Assembly (NCBI GenBank): GCA_047285535.1
Contig: JBJBDC010000001.1
Span: forward strand, 352,136-416,135
DNA length: 64,000 nt
Reading direction: 5' to 3'
Source: Synechococcus sp.
GTDB lineage: Bacteria > Cyanobacteriota > Cyanobacteriia > PCC-6307 > Cyanobiaceae
The notes beneath the pieces were generated by a model that did not search any database, was not told where the DNA came from, and saw only the letters and a list, made by a program, of their open reading frames with translations. Below are positions 1-11,901 of the stretch, piece after piece; position 1 is the stretch's first letter, and each line of letters starts with the position of its first letter. The position numbers and the translations under genes are program-made.

Positions 1-75
1 GCTAAACGAATCGGGAGTGAGGTTGATCACTCCCATCACTGCCGTACGCCTGCCCCACTCCTTAGGCCAGCGCAT
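1..75 (-). CDS. folP: Dihydropteroate synthase, 5' end only (runs off the window edge)
   Basis: Manual translation gives MRWPKEWGRRTAVMGVINLTPDSFS, containing the DHPS N-terminal motif MG(V/I)xNxTPDSFS. Lies directly downstream of tpiA. Confidence 0.9.
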   Translation of the reverse strand, partial: MRWPKEWGRRTAVMGVINLTPDSFS

Positions 76-81
76 CGAAAG

Positions 82-813
82 TCAACTCTTGACGTAGTTC
101 GCGATCCGTCCGAAACCTTCAGGATCCAGGGAGGCACCTCCTACTAACACTCCATCGATATCACTCATCGCCATTAACTGATCAATATTGCCCGGCTTCA
201 CAGATCCTCCATATTGAATAATCAAGTCTGGTGAGCCAACCCAACTACGAATCAAACCGCAGATTCGATTGGCTTCACTCGCTTCACATGTTTTGCCGGT
301 ACCAATCGCCCAGATCGGCTCATAGGCCACAACCAGCTGACTGGGGTCCAAACCTTCTAAGCCCTGTTCAACCTGACGACGGATGACCCGCTCAGCCTCT
401 CCTCGGCTGCGCTGCTCGTCGCTTTCACCAACACAAACAATGGGAATCAATCCGTTGTTTTGAGCCGATCGAGCCCGGTGATTGATTTGTTCATCACTCT
501 CGCTGAAGTACTTGCGAGGTTCGCTATGGCCAACGATCGCGTATTCAACGTTGTGCTCCTTGAGCATGCTCGGAGAAATTTCAGCGGTGTAAGCACCCTC
601 TCCTTCCCAGTGCACGTTTTGACTCGACAGTTCAAGGCGGGTCCCTTGGCTCAATGCAGCCATCGTGCTGATGGCTGTAAAGGGTGGAGCAATCACCAGA
701 TGCCGATCCTCAGGTACCTGGGCGATGAGAGGTAGAAAAGTGCCCATCCAAGTCCTGGATTGGGCACAGGTCATGTGCATTTTCCAGTTGCCAGCAATCA
801 CCGGTTTGCGCAC
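82..813 (-). CDS. tpiA: Triosephosphate isomerase
   Basis: Motifs [37 protein letters not shown]. Confidence 0.98.
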   Translation of the reverse strand: MRKPVIAGNWKMHMTCAQSRTWMGTFLPLIAQVPEDRHLVIAPPFTAISTMAALSQGTRLELSSQNVHWEGEGAYTAEISPSMLKEHNVEYAIVGHSEPRKYFSESDEQINHRARSAQNNGLIPIVCVGESDEQRSRGEAERVIRRQVEQGLEGLDPSQLVVAYEPIWAIGTGKTCEASEANRICGLIRSWVGSPDLIIQYGGSVKPGNIDQLMAMSDIDGVLVGGASLDPEGFGRIANYVKS

Positions 814-846
814 GCTTCCGTCCTCTGCAGCTCAGCAGATGACAAC

Positions 847-1044
847 TTAAGGCCCTGCCTGAAGACTTTCCGAAACTTGGGCTGATTCATCGCCCATTTG
901 GACGCTGTCGCCGGCTTTGAGTTGACGGCCACGCCGTTGCTCAAGCTCCCCGTTAACGAGCACTTCTCCAGCCTGAACCCTCAGCTTCGCCTCTCCACCT
1001 GTTGCTACCCAGCCAACCCATTTAAGGAACTGATCAAGCCTCAT
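847..1044 (-). CDS. RNA-binding S4 domain protein (YbcJ-like)
   Basis: MRLDQFLK...TGGEAK...V.VNGE.E.RRGRQL..GD.V is the YbcJ/S4 pattern. Alternative start at 1071. Confidence 0.88.
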   Translation of the reverse strand: MRLDQFLKWVGWVATGGEAKLRVQAGEVLVNGELEQRRGRQLKAGDSVQMGDESAQVSESLQAGP

Positions 1045-1086
1045 CCCTTCTCCAAAGAGTGCAATTCCCATTGATAGTCTGACGCG

Positions 1087-2826
1087 ATGCTGAAGCCATC
1101 AGAAGCGGGATTCCGCAGGTTGATTCCACTGCTGCGTCCGCACAGGCGATTGCTGTTGATCGGCTCCCTCTGCATGGTTGTTTTTGTCAGTAGCCAACTG
1201 GTGCTGATGCGACTGATGGGTCGCCTTTTACCGGATGTGGGCTCCGGGGACCTCAAACGAATTGTGCCGGTCATTGGCCTGGTTCTACTGGTGTTTGCGA
1301 TACAAAAACTTGCTCAATTTGGCCAGGACTCTTTGCTTGCCGGGCCTGCGTTACAGGTCAGCCAGTCCCTGAGGCGAGATCTGTTCCAAAGGCTGCAAAA
1401 GGTGCAGTTAGGCGCATTAGAAAAAATGTCGTCTGGAGATCTCACCTATCGGCTCACGGAAGATGCCGATCGCGTGAGCGAGGTGATTTATAAAACTCTG
1501 CACGACAGCATCCCAAGCGCTTTGCAATTGGTGGCTGTGCTTGGTTACATGCTTTGGCTTGACTGGAAATTAACCGTCGCAATCCTGTTGCTTGCCCCAT
1601 TCGTTGCATGGCTGATCAGCCTGTTCGGAGCGAGGGTGATGATCGCCACGGAACGTAGTCAAAAAAAGGTCAGTGAATTGGCTGGTCTGTTGGGCGAAGC
1701 GATTGAAGGCCTACCTCTGGTTCGCGCCTTCGCTGCAGAATCTTGGCTTGAACATCGCTTTGAAGACGAAATTGATCAGCATCGTCAAGCGAGATACAAC
1801 ACGTATCGCCTTGTTGCCCTTCAACACCCTGTGGTCGGGATTATTGAAGTGCTCGGTTTCGCCACGGTCTTGTTGTTAGCGGCTCTCAGGATCAGTACAG
1901 GGGATCTTGAAGTCCCAGAACTGATTAGCTATCTCACTGGCTTAGTCCTGCTGATTGATCCGATCGCCCACGTCACGTCCAATTACAACGAATTTCAGCA
2001 GGGACAATCCTCTCTGCGTCGCTTACGAGAGATTGAAAAGGAACCCTCGGAACCACTCGATCCCGTTCCATCACTTCCACTTGGTCGCCTTCGTGGAGAT
2101 TTGAGTTTCAAGCAAGTTGAGTTCGCCTATACGCCAGGACAACCTGTGCTTCAGGACTTCAATCTCTCGATTAAGTCCGGGCAAGTCGTCGCACTTGTCG
2201 GTCCTTCTGGAGCCGGCAAAACCACCCTCTTTTCTCTTCTCCTCAGGTTCAATTGTGTGGATCAGGGTCAGCTTCTCTTGGATGGAAAAGATCTGAGACA
2301 AGTGAGTACTCGTGATTTACGTCAACAAGTCGCTTTGGTGCCGCAACGCAGCAGTGTGTTTTCTGGGACCATTGCAGAAGCGATTCGATTTGGCCGAAAT
2401 TCCACCCAGGAACAGCTTAAACAAGCTGCCAAGCTGGCTAATGCCCACGATTTCATCATCCGTCTTCCAGAGGGGTACAACACCCGTCTTCAGGAGCGTG
2501 GAACCAATGTTTCAGGAGGCCAGCTCCAACGCATTGCGATTGCACGAGCTGTCCTTGGAAATCCTGCGGTGATGTTGCTGGATGAAGCCACAAGTGCGCT
2601 GGATGCAGAAGCGGAAGCGGCAGTTCAGCTCGGACTGAAGCAAGCCATGCTGGGTCGCACAGTCATTGTGATTGCGCACCGTCTTGCAACTGTTCAAGAA
2701 GCCGATCTGATCGTTGTGCTGGATCATGGGCGGATCAGCCAAAAGGGTAGTCATGACGATCTCATGAGCCAGGGAGGTAGATATCGAGAACTCTGCGAAC
2801 GACAATTTATTCGCATCAACGAATGA
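1087..2826 (+). CDS. ABC exporter, fused permease/ATPase (MsbA-like)
   Basis: N-terminal TM domain; Walker A GPSGAGKT, signature VSGGQ, Walker B MLLDEATSALD, IAHRL. Confidence 0.93.
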   Translation: MLKPSEAGFRRLIPLLRPHRRLLLIGSLCMVVFVSSQLVLMRLMGRLLPDVGSGDLKRIVPVIGLVLLVFAIQKLAQFGQDSLLAGPALQVSQSLRRDLFQRLQKVQLGALEKMSSGDLTYRLTEDADRVSEVIYKTLHDSIPSALQLVAVLGYMLWLDWKLTVAILLLAPFVAWLISLFGARVMIATERSQKKVSELAGLLGEAIEGLPLVRAFAAESWLEHRFEDEIDQHRQARYNTYRLVALQHPVVGIIEVLGFATVLLLAALRISTGDLEVPELISYLTGLVLLIDPIAHVTSNYNEFQQGQSSLRRLREIEKEPSEPLDPVPSLPLGRLRGDLSFKQVEFAYTPGQPVLQDFNLSIKSGQVVALVGPSGAGKTTLFSLLLRFNCVDQGQLLLDGKDLRQVSTRDLRQQVALVPQRSSVFSGTIAEAIRFGRNSTQEQLKQAAKLANAHDFIIRLPEGYNTRLQERGTNVSGGQLQRIAIARAVLGNPAVMLLDEATSALDAEAEAAVQLGLKQAMLGRTVIVIAHRLATVQEADLIVVLDHGRISQKGSHDDLMSQGGRYRELCERQFIRINE

Positions 2827-2895
2827 ACGGATTCACACAAGCTATGGGCTAAAACGCGAAAACCAATAAGATCTATCGATATTCCTTTCACATTG

Positions 2896-3138
2896 ATGAC
2901 CAGTTCTTCAGTTCCACAACCTCAGCAGAACCCAATTCTTACCTTTGAAGGCAAGCGTTACGACCTCAATACGCTTCCTGATGAACTGAAAGAGCTCGTT
3001 CGAGGGATGCAGGTTGCTGACGCCCAACTCCGCATGCACGAGGACACATTGAAAGTGCTGGCAGTAGGACGTCAGTCGATGGCTACGCAGTTAAACGAAA
3101 GGCTGAAAGGGGTTAACCCTCTTCCAGAGAACGATTGA
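2896..3138 (+). CDS. Conserved small cyanobacterial protein (DUF6447-like)
   Basis: ILTFEGKRYDLNTLP...ADAQLRMHEDTLKVLAVGR resembles a conserved picocyanobacterial protein (recalled, not searched). Confidence 0.7.
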   Translation: MTSSSVPQPQQNPILTFEGKRYDLNTLPDELKELVRGMQVADAQLRMHEDTLKVLAVGRQSMATQLNERLKGVNPLPEND

Positions 3139-4453
3139 AGTTGTATTCGCCAGTAATTTTAAAAATTACTGGCGATAACAAAATTAATGCAATTAGGTTT
3201 GGAAGGGCCATTAGACCATTCAAAGTATCAGCTACACCCCATACAACACCACTATCTTCAGCTACCGAACCAAATACCACTACGGCAACCCAAACTAAAC
3301 GGAAGGGCTTGATTGCTCGCTCTCCGAACAAAAATTCCGTGCAGCGTTCTCCATAGAAACTCCAACCCAGAACAGTGGTGAAAGCAAACACGATTAATCC
3401 TGCTGTGACAATCCAGCCGGTACCATTCATTCCTGTGTTGAAGGCAAGAATCGATAGATTCGCGCCTGACTCACCGCTTGTATAGGCCCCACTGGTAATA
3501 ATGACGAGTGCGGTCAGTGTGCACAGGATCAAGGTATCGATCACTGTTCCCAACATCGCAACAGTGCCCTGACGAACTGGATCATGGGTTTTGGCTGCTG
3601 CATGGGCAATGGGTGCGCTGCCCAAACCAGCTTCATTGGAGAAAATGCCGCGCTTAAAGCCCATCATCACCACTTGCCCAAAGGCTCCACCTACAGCGGC
3701 TTCCCCACTGAAAGCATTGGAGAAAATGGTGCCAAAAGCAGCTGGCACATCAATAATATTGATCCCTAAGACAACAACACAAGCGATGATATAGAGAATC
3801 GACATGCTGGGTACTAAGGCAGAAGCAGCTTGAGAAATTCGGTCGATCCCACCAATGATCACTGCAAACACAAGCACTCCAAGAACCACACCGGTGATCA
3901 ATCGAGGAATGCCTAAGGCTTCAAGGGCACTGGAAACTTCATAGCATTGAACTCCGTTGCCTATCCCAAAGCCGGCAAGCATGCCAAAGATGGCAAATAA
4001 AACAGCAAGCCACTGCCATTTTTGGCCCAGACCATTGCGGATGTAGTACATAGGCCCGCCGACGTGATTCCCCAGACCATCAACTTCTCGATATTTCACT
4101 GCCAACACGGCTTCTCCGTATTTGGTGGCGATGCCGAACACGGCAATGAACCACATCCAGAACACGGCACCTGGCCCACCCACAGCGATGGCCCCAGCCA
4201 CGCCGGCAATATTTCCGGTACCAATGGTGGCTGACAAGGATGTCATCAAGGCTGCGAATGGGGAGATGTCTCCTTCCTCTGCCTGATCAAACCTGGATGC
4301 CAACACCCGAACGCCATAACTCAGCTTCTTCAGAGGCATGAAGTTGAGTCCCAGCATCAAAAGGACCCCAGTGGCACCGATGAGGCCGATCATCGGCCCA
4401 CCCCAGACGATCCCATTAATGGGATCGTTGATTGCTGAGATCAGTGATTCCAT
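3113..4453 (-). CDS. Sodium:alanine/glycine symporter (AGCS family)
   Basis: AGCS motifs ATIGTGNIAG, GGPGAVFWMW, GGPMYYI, RGIFSNEAGLGS, LMALPN. Start placed at the internal ATG. Confidence 0.95.
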   Translation of the reverse strand: MESLISAINDPINGIVWGGPMIGLIGATGVLLMLGLNFMPLKKLSYGVRVLASRFDQAEEGDISPFAALMTSLSATIGTGNIAGVAGAIAVGGPGAVFWMWFIAVFGIATKYGEAVLAVKYREVDGLGNHVGGPMYYIRNGLGQKWQWLAVLFAIFGMLAGFGIGNGVQCYEVSSALEALGIPRLITGVVLGVLVFAVIIGGIDRISQAASALVPSMSILYIIACVVVLGINIIDVPAAFGTIFSNAFSGEAAVGGAFGQVVMMGFKRGIFSNEAGLGSAPIAHAAAKTHDPVRQGTVAMLGTVIDTLILCTLTALVIITSGAYTSGESGANLSILAFNTGMNGTGWIVTAGLIVFAFTTVLGWSFYGERCTEFLFGERAIKPFRLVWVAVVVFGSVAEDSGVVWGVADTLNGLMALPNLIALILLSPVIFKITGEYNFNRSLEEG

Positions 4454-4487
4454 CCAACCATTGAAACTAGTCTGATGGTGCCACAAT

Positions 4488-5159
4488 TCAAGAGGCTTTT
4501 AGGTCCGTGAACAGGAAGGTCTGTTCACTGGCAGGAGTATCAGCAAACGAATCTGTACGAATGGTTCGTTCACTGAGAACCCAGCAGCCTCCTTCAGAGA
4601 GTGGAAGAAAGGTGTCAACGAAATGATTCATTCCCCCGCTGGCTTCACCTGAAGCTGGATCGGCGTACTGACTGGTGTAGGCGCGACTTAGATAACCATG
4701 TCCTGTATCGGTCGTGCTTTCGGTATGAATCGTCACCACGGTTCCATGGATATGACGATGCACCATTGTGACCACATCATTGTTGATTCGATATTTGTCT
4801 CCGTTACCTTTGCCGCCGATAATCACCTCAAGACCTTCCTCAGTGCAATCACCTGCAGTGAAAGTATTCTCTGAGTGGGTCTGTTCAAAGGTTCGGCGCA
4901 CGCGATGAATACAGACTTCCCACAGCTGTGAAGCAAAGGCTTTTTCAACTTCGGGATCGGTCACTCCCTCAACCTTGGCTTTTAAATCAGCGCCAACATG
5001 GAACGTACCCTCTACAGATCGATCACCTTGTCGCCAGATGCATCGACCGGAATATCCAGCAAAACCAGGATTCCACGTGTAGCGGTTTTCATATGCAGCC
5101 CGAAACGCATCACGGCAATCGCTACCTGGGGCGATGGCGGTCATGGATGTTGTTGTCAA
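4488..5159 (-). CDS. DUF3386 family protein
   Basis: FRAAYENRYTW.PGF.GY and LWEVCIHRVRRTFE motifs; lies downstream of carB. Confidence 0.8.
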   Translation of the reverse strand: MTTTSMTAIAPGSDCRDAFRAAYENRYTWNPGFAGYSGRCIWRQGDRSVEGTFHVGADLKAKVEGVTDPEVEKAFASQLWEVCIHRVRRTFEQTHSENTFTAGDCTEEGLEVIIGGKGNGDKYRINNDVVTMVHRHIHGTVVTIHTESTTDTGHGYLSRAYTSQYADPASGEASGGMNHFVDTFLPLSEGGCWVLSERTIRTDSFADTPASEQTFLFTDLKAS

Positions 5160-5185
5160 GAGTTAAATCGCATTCTTCCGAGACC

Positions 5186-8100
5186 CTACTTGCCAGCAAG
5201 TGGTGCATGGACGTCTTGAAGAGCATGGATCACGATTGTTTGTTCTTGTAAAGCCTCAATCGCCTCAACGGCAGCACGTGCTCCAGCGAGAGTGGTTAGG
5301 GTTGGTACGGAATAATCGAGGGCTGCCCTGCGGAGGTAACGATCGTCGTGAGCAGCTTGGCGACCAATCGGTGTATTGATGACTAACTGCACATCGCCGG
5401 AGCGAATTAAATCTTCGATGTTTGGGCGACCCTCGTGAACCTTAAGGACAGACTCAACGTCCAATCCTTGCTTCTGTAAAGCATTGGCAGTTCCTGAGGT
5501 CGCGATCAGTTTGAAGCCCAGTCCAGTCAACTGGCGCGCTACAGGACCTAAGGCCTCCTTGTCTCGATCATGGGTGGAGAGAAATACGGTTCCAGCGGTT
5601 GGAAGTGCCTCACCGGCAGCCAGTGCCGCTTTCGCAAAAGCCATGCCGAAATCGGATGCCGAGCCCATGACCTCTCCAGTGGAGCGCATTTCAGGACCTA
5701 GCAGAGAGTCGGCTCCAGGAAAACGTCGGAAGGGAAGCACTGCTTCTTTCACAGATTGCAACGGAGGGATTGGCTCGGTCAGCAGACCAATCTGATTCAG
5801 TGTTTCCCCGGCCATCAGACGTGTTGCAAGTCGTGCCAGTGGCACGCCCGTTGCCTTGGCGACAAAAGGAACTGTTCTGGAGGCGCGCGGATTGGCTTCG
5901 ATGATGAAGACGTTCTCTTGACCATCGACAGTGCGTTGCACTGCGAATTGCAAATTGATCAATCCTTGAACTTTCAGCGTGGTCGCAAGTGCTTGACTCC
6001 AACGCCTGATAATGGAGAGAGCTTCTTGCCCAAGAGAAATGGAAGGCAGGCAACATGCCGAATCTCCGGAATGAATTCCTGCCGGTTCAATGTGTTCCAT
6101 TAAGCCACCAATCACCACGATGCCTTCTCGGTCACAAAGGGCATCAACATCCACCTCAACGGCATTCTCCAGATACTGATCAATCAGCACTGGATGGTCT
6201 GGCTCAACTTGAACAGCCTCTTTCATATAGCGATTTAATTCATTCTCGTCGTAGACCACTTCCATCGCTCGTCCGCCCAAGACATAGGAGGGACGAACAA
6301 CCACCGGATAGCCGATCTTGCCAGCAATCATTCGAGCTTCCGCATCACTTCGGGCCAGACCATTGCGGGGCTGACGAATGTCAAGTTTTCGAAGAATCGC
6401 TTCAAATTGTTCCCGATCTTCCGCGAGATCGATGGATTCCGGAGATGTTCCCCAGATCTGAGTGCCAGTGGACTTTCCTTTCGGACTGGACAGCCAATCA
6501 AGCAAGGGCAGTGCAAGCTTGAGAGGTGTTTGACCTCCAAACTGAACAATGACTCCATTCGGTCGTTCTGCCTCAATGACATTGAGAACATCTTCAAGTG
6601 TCAAAGGCTCGAAATAAAGACGGTCACTGCTGTCGTAATCAGTGGAGACCGTCTCAGGGTTGCTATTCAACATCACAGTGGCGAAGCCACAATCTTGTGC
6701 TGAAAAAGAGGCGTGACAACAGCAATAATCAAATTCAATTCCTTGACCTATTCGATTGGGACCACCTCCCAAAATCATGAGCTTTGGCTTCGATTCGTTG
6801 GCAACCTCAGTTGATGCAACCAAGGGTAAAAGTCGGCCGTCTGGTTTTAAATGAAAGAGGGGATATTCATAGGTTGAGTAGTGATATGGAGTGGATGAAG
6901 CGAATTCGGCTGCACATGTATCCACTGTTTTGAATACAGGAGTGACCTTCAGTAGATCTCTGCGTTCGCGAACTTTGAGTTCGCTGCTGTTGGTAAACCA
7001 AGCGATTTGACGATCAGAATATCCGAGCTGCTTGAGTTTAAATAAAGTTGCTTTGTTGAGGCCCTCGAGTTCACGACCTTGTAAATCCTGCAATTCGATA
7101 TTGATCAGACCCCTTAACTTCGCGAGGAACCATGGGTCAATGTGGCTTAATTCATGAATATGTCGATCGCTCATGCCTGAAAGCATCGCGGTACGAATAG
7201 ACAAGATGCGATCAGGGGAAGGGGTTCGTAGCGCGCGCTCAAGTTCAGTCTTGGAGCAAGAGGGCTCGGGGCGGTCTCCACCCCAACCTGCCAGACCAGT
7301 TTCGAGCGATCTCAAGGCTTTCTGAAGCGACTCTTCAAAGCAACGACCAATGGCCATGGCTTCACCCACCGACTTCATCGCCGTTGTCAGTACTGCCGGA
7401 GATCCACGGAATTTTTCAAAAGCAAAACGCGGTACTTTCGTGACCACGTAATCAATCGTTGGCTCAAAACAAGCCGGTGTTTGTCCAGTGATGTCGTTAA
7501 GGATCTCGTCGAGGGTGTATCCAATTGCCAACCGTGCAGCGATTTTTGCAATCGGGAATCCTGTGGCCTTGCTTGCCAATGCTGAGGAGCGACTCACCCT
7601 CGGATTCATTTCAATGACCACAACCTCACCGTCATCAGGATTGATGGCGAACTGAATATTGCTTCCACCGGTGGCTACACCGATTTCACGAATGATGGCA
7701 ATCGATTGATCACGCAACCGTTGGTATTCCCGATCTGTGAGAGTTTGCGCCGGTGCCACTGTGATGGAGTCGCCGGTGTGCACTCCCATCGGATCTAAAT
7801 TTTCGATGCTGCAGACAATGACAACGTTGTCTGCGAGATCACGCATCACCTCAAGCTCAAATTCCTTCCAGCCGAGCAGAGATTTCTCAATCAGGATTTG
7901 GGAGACCGGGCTGGCATCCAGACCCGTCTTGCACAGTGCGTTGAACTCCTCGGGGTTGTAAGCAATGCCACCACCGCTTCCACCCAATGTGAACGCTGGC
8001 CTAATGATTCTTGGAAAGCTCTTGATTGAGGCCCCAACGGCTTCTGCTTCTTCTTGATTGGAAGCAATTCCTGATGGGCAGACGTGGACTCCAATACGTT

Positions 8101-8509
8101 CCATGGCCTGCTTAAAAAGTTGTCGGTCTTCAGCTTTTTGAATCGCCTTTAAATCAGCTCCGATCAACTCAACGCCAAACCTTTCCAGCGTTCCATTTTC
8201 TGAAAGTTCTACCGCCAAGTTGAGAGCAGTCTGCCCTCCCATCGTTGGCAGCAACGCTTCTGGCCTCTCTTTTTCAATCACTCTTGTGACGACGTCCGCA
8301 GTGAGAGGCTCGACGTACGTGCGATCCGCCATTTCAGGATCGGTCATGATCGATGCAGGATTTGAGTTGATCAGAATCACTTCAAATCCCTCAGCCTTTA
8401 AGGCTTTGCAGGCTTGAGTTCCTGAATAATCAAACTCGCAGGCCTGTCCGATCACAATCGGCCCTGAACCCAAAAGGAGGATGCGACGAAGATCGTTCCG
8501 CCTGGGCAT
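5186..8509 (-). CDS. carB: Carbamoyl-phosphate synthase large subunit
   Basis: 1107 aa; [17 protein letters not shown], two ATP-grasp halves, C-terminal MGS-like domain. Confidence 0.99.
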   Translation of the reverse strand: MPRRNDLRRILLLGSGPIVIGQACEFDYSGTQACKALKAEGFEVILINSNPASIMTDPEMADRTYVEPLTADVVTRVIEKERPEALLPTMGGQTALNLAVELSENGTLERFGVELIGADLKAIQKAEDRQLFKQAMERIGVHVCPSGIASNQEEAEAVGASIKSFPRIIRPAFTLGGSGGGIAYNPEEFNALCKTGLDASPVSQILIEKSLLGWKEFELEVMRDLADNVVIVCSIENLDPMGVHTGDSITVAPAQTLTDREYQRLRDQSIAIIREIGVATGGSNIQFAINPDDGEVVVIEMNPRVSRSSALASKATGFPIAKIAARLAIGYTLDEILNDITGQTPACFEPTIDYVVTKVPRFAFEKFRGSPAVLTTAMKSVGEAMAIGRCFEESLQKALRSLETGLAGWGGDRPEPSCSKTELERALRTPSPDRILSIRTAMLSGMSDRHIHELSHIDPWFLAKLRGLINIELQDLQGRELEGLNKATLFKLKQLGYSDRQIAWFTNSSELKVRERRDLLKVTPVFKTVDTCAAEFASSTPYHYSTYEYPLFHLKPDGRLLPLVASTEVANESKPKLMILGGGPNRIGQGIEFDYCCCHASFSAQDCGFATVMLNSNPETVSTDYDSSDRLYFEPLTLEDVLNVIEAERPNGVIVQFGGQTPLKLALPLLDWLSSPKGKSTGTQIWGTSPESIDLAEDREQFEAILRKLDIRQPRNGLARSDAEARMIAGKIGYPVVVRPSYVLGGRAMEVVYDENELNRYMKEAVQVEPDHPVLIDQYLENAVEVDVDALCDREGIVVIGGLMEHIEPAGIHSGDSACCLPSISLGQEALSIIRRWSQALATTLKVQGLINLQFAVQRTVDGQENVFIIEANPRASRTVPFVAKATGVPLARLATRLMAGETLNQIGLLTEPIPPLQSVKEAVLPFRRFPGADSLLGPEMRSTGEVMGSASDFGMAFAKAALAAGEALPTAGTVFLSTHDRDKEALGPVARQLTGLGFKLIATSGTANALQKQGLDVESVLKVHEGRPNIEDLIRSGDVQLVINTPIGRQAAHDDRYLRRAALDYSVPTLTTLAGARAAVEAIEALQEQTIVIHALQDVHAPLAGK

Positions 8510-8627
8510 GGGCCTTCTATGCAGCCAAACCTGCCAATACTCCCATGTGGAGTCCAGAAAGATTCCATAAGCAACCTTTCTGGTCGTTCAGTCGCTAGCG
8601 TTAGGGACCAGGAGTCCTTAAAGCACT

Positions 8628-9263
8628 ATGAGTGAGCTCCAGCGGCTGAAAGGGTTGCTGCCACCGGAGATGCAGAGCTGGGTGTTCGTAGAAGCTGCTG
8701 CTGCTGTGGAGCCTGCGTTGATCACCCTCGAAGAGATCGGCAGAGATGAAGTTGAGATTCAGGTGGATCTTGATCATTGGGACAGCCTTGCTCTTGATCA
8801 CCGAAATCTTCTGTTCTGGCACGAAGTAGGTCGCATTCAAAACGACACCATCCCCAGAGATGGCTGGGAAATGGCTGCATTAGCTATCGGTCTAGGTGGT
8901 GCTATTGGGGAGCTCTGGGTTCAAGACGGTTTGCTGCTGTTTATGGCTCTTGGCTTGTCTGGATTTGCCGGCTACCGGCTTTATCTCAAAAACAATGCCG
9001 AGAAGCGTCTTCAAGATGCCATCTCCGCTGATGAGCGAGCCATCGATCTGGCGTGCCGCTTCGGTTACAGCGTACCCAATGCTTATAAAAGTCTTGGTGG
9101 TGCCTTAAAGGAACTGGTAGAGAAAACACGAAAGAAGAAAAAGCGCAGTTTTTACGAAGATCGACTGGAAGCACTTCGCAAGAGTGCGGGCAAAGCAAGG
9201 GCCGAAATGGCTCAGCAACAAGGATCCCGTCAATCGGTTACGAGTGAGAATGTTTATGGATAG
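8628..9263 (+). CDS. DUF3318 family protein
   Basis: MSELQRLKGLLPPEMQSWV, LLFWHEVGRIQ, central hydrophobic hairpin; upstream of rsfS. Confidence 0.8.
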   Translation: MSELQRLKGLLPPEMQSWVFVEAAAAVEPALITLEEIGRDEVEIQVDLDHWDSLALDHRNLLFWHEVGRIQNDTIPRDGWEMAALAIGLGGAIGELWVQDGLLLFMALGLSGFAGYRLYLKNNAEKRLQDAISADERAIDLACRFGYSVPNAYKSLGGALKELVEKTRKKKKRSFYEDRLEALRKSAGKARAEMAQQQGSRQSVTSENVYG

Positions 9264-9624
9264 TCAACAATTAGCTGAACTTGCTGCCGATGCATGCGAT
9301 GACCGCAAAGGCGTTGACATTCAGCTAATTCGAGTGGATGAGGTCTCAAGTCTGGCTGATTGGATGGTGATTTCAGGTGGTCAAAGTGAAGTTCAGGTGA
9401 AGGCGATTGCCCGATCAGTTGAAGATCGTTTGGAAGAGGAAGCCAAACGCCTTCCCCTGCGTAAAGAAGGCCTCAACGAGGGTCGCTGGGCTCTGTTGGA
9501 TTACGGCGAATTGATTGTGCACATTCTTCAGGCTAACGAACGAAATTATTACGATCTTGAGGCGTTTTGGAGTCACGGTGAATGCTCCTCTTACGTCGCT
9601 CCCGATAACCCGATAAGCCTCTGA
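9256..9624 (+). CDS. rsfS: Ribosome silencing factor (Iojap)
   Basis: DRKG.DI, LADWMVI..G.S..QV.AI, EG...GRWALLDYGELIVHI...ERNYYDLE.FW. Confidence 0.95.
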   Translation: MDSQQLAELAADACDDRKGVDIQLIRVDEVSSLADWMVISGGQSEVQVKAIARSVEDRLEEEAKRLPLRKEGLNEGRWALLDYGELIVHILQANERNYYDLEAFWSHGECSSYVAPDNPISL

Positions 9625-9635
9625 ACTTGGGGTCC

Positions 9636-10151
9636 ATGGCTGCAACATTTCCCTGTCCTGTTCCACCTGACCAACGTCCTCAGGAAGAATTTATTCAGTT
9701 AAGCCAATCGTGGTTTTTTGCGTGGCCTCGCTATCGACAGATTGATTTGGATAAGGCTTTGTTGTTGAGTTGGCTTCTGATTGTGCCTCTTACCGTGATC
9801 ATTGCTAGCGGTAGTTGGAGCCTTCGGCATGATCCCATTCGACTGGTTTTGGCTGGATCTGTTGCTGGACTTGCCTTACCGATGTTGTTGTTGGTTCGAC
9901 AGTGGCTCGGTTGGACCTACGTTCACAAGCGTCTTCTTTCTGAACAGGTGGAATACGAAGAATCTGGTTGGTATGACGGTCAGATCTGGGAAAAACCACT
10001 GACATGGCGCGAGCGAGATCTTCTGCTTGCACAGCATGAAGTGCGACCGATTCTTGGGCGGCTTGGCCGAGCGATGGCGACAACAACAGGCTTGATTCTT
10101 GGTGGAGCCTTTCTCTGTCAGGCTCTCAAAAACGCGGACACTTTTTTATGA
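9636..10151 (+). CDS. CGLD27/Ycf36 (DUF1230) family membrane protein
   Basis: CPVPPDQRP..EF..L..SWFF.WP and VEYEESGWYDGQ.WEKP motifs. Confidence 0.88.
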   Translation: MAATFPCPVPPDQRPQEEFIQLSQSWFFAWPRYRQIDLDKALLLSWLLIVPLTVIIASGSWSLRHDPIRLVLAGSVAGLALPMLLLVRQWLGWTYVHKRLLSEQVEYEESGWYDGQIWEKPLTWRERDLLLAQHEVRPILGRLGRAMATTTGLILGGAFLCQALKNADTFL

Positions 10152-11119
10152 CGCTTCCTCCCAGCTATGGCAGCTCGTCCATCACTACCGGCTGTCCGGC
10201 TTTTGAGGTCGTGCTGAAAAGAGGTTCATCGGTGGAATCGACCCATCGAGTGCATGCCGTTGTTTGTGATACAAGAGGACGCATCCTGATGAAAGCAGGA
10301 CGTCCTGATCACGAGACCTTTGTCAGATCAGCTCTGAAGCCCTTTCAATCCTTGCCTGCTTTAAGCAGCGGCGCATCTGGAACCTTCGAGTTCGGCGATC
10401 GAGGATTGGCCATTAGTTGTGCCTCTCATTCTGGGACGGCTGAACACGCGAGGGAAGCCTTTCGACTGCTTTGGAACGCTGAACTGGAAACGGATTCACT
10501 TCAGTGTCCGATTCCATCGTGGGGGCGCAGTCCCCTAGAGCACAATTGCTCTGGCAAACATGCGGCATTCCTTGCCACAGCCCGAAAAATGGAGTGGCCT
10601 TTAGAGAGTTATCTCCAGGGAGATCATCCCCTTCAACAGGAGATCAACCGACGGGTTGCCGAGTTTCTGGGTCTACCAGCAGATGAACTCGTCGCAGAGC
10701 GTGATGACTGCGGTGCACCAACGCTGCTATTACAGCTCTCTCAGATGGCTCTTCTCTATGCCCATCTCGGAGCATCCACCCATGCTGAACTGGAACAAAT
10801 TTGTCGGGCTATGCTCGCCCATCCCAAACTCGTCGCTGGAGAAGGCCGCTTCGACACTGAACTGATGGCCCGTTCCCACCAGCAGGTCATCAGTAAGGGT
10901 GGTGCCGAAGGCATTCAGTGTCTCAGCAGAACGGGCGATGGTCTTGGTGTTGCCATCAAAGTGGAAGATGGATCCCGTCGAGCCAAACAGGCGGTAGCCC
11001 TTCACCTTCTGCGCCAACTTGACTGGATCACTGAGGGGAGTCTGGATGAACTCGAAGAAAAGATGTTGATCATGGGCCCAGGAGTGCGTCTTGAGGTGAT
11101 TGGAGAACTACGCACGTGA
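10148..11119 (+). CDS. L-asparaginase II family (Rhizobium-type) protein
   Basis: RSALKPFQ, CASHSG, HNCSGKH, DDCGAP, SKGGAEG, KVEDG motifs. Confidence 0.9.
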   Translation: MTLPPSYGSSSITTGCPAFEVVLKRGSSVESTHRVHAVVCDTRGRILMKAGRPDHETFVRSALKPFQSLPALSSGASGTFEFGDRGLAISCASHSGTAEHAREAFRLLWNAELETDSLQCPIPSWGRSPLEHNCSGKHAAFLATARKMEWPLESYLQGDHPLQQEINRRVAEFLGLPADELVAERDDCGAPTLLLQLSQMALLYAHLGASTHAELEQICRAMLAHPKLVAGEGRFDTELMARSHQQVISKGGAEGIQCLSRTGDGLGVAIKVEDGSRRAKQAVALHLLRQLDWITEGSLDELEEKMLIMGPGVRLEVIGELRT

Positions 11120-11171
11120 ATGCTCACAACTGTTGTGTTTGCGAACACCAAGTTGTATAGTTTTGGAGTTC

Positions 11172-11248
<77 letters not shown>

Positions 11249-11251
11249 AAT

Positions 11252-11280
11252 AAAAAAGTCCCTCTTTGAGGGACTTTTTT
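11252..11280. terminator. Intrinsic terminator after the tRNA, potentially bidirectional
   Basis: AAAAAA-GTCCCTC-ttt-GAGGGAC-TTTTTT. Confidence 0.9.
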
Positions 11281-11901
11281 ATGCTCGATATTCTCCCCTG
11301 GCAATCAAAGAATCCGTTGTTTTGTCTGCGTTACTCATTTATCTATTCGATTGACTATTCGTTAAGGTGCCTTGGGAAAGACATAAGTCTCTCTGTGATG
11401 ATCTTTGCTTGATAACGTGTTTAATCTTCAGCTTAATCCAATTGAAAACGGTTTTAAGTGTGCACCTGCATCGCTGATTGACTGGTTCAGTGATCCAGTC
11501 TCTATGGGATCATATCTCGTTAATGAAAATCTTTTGCTCTAATTTCAATCTTGCTATATTTTGACTGCCTGACTTTGATTCGTGGCTTGGATTGTTAACA
11601 CTGATTGGTTTCTGATGGTGTCATCCCTAGGCTGTTAATTGCTGAAAGCCGAAGGTCAGTGAACAATACAATGAGATTTGCATGCAGTACAACCTCACGG
11701 CCTCTTCTTGCCGCACGATTGCTTTAGGCGGTCAACGTGCAAATCCCTCATGCCCTTGTAAAGACATTGTCGACCACGATGCAAAACAGTGTGAGTTATC
11801 ACGCGGATTTCAGCTATTCCTCAAAGCCTATTATGGTTCTTCGAGGAGTCTTTTGCTGGCAATGTACTCATCGGTCGGATGAACAATCTTTTCGTTCCAT
11901 G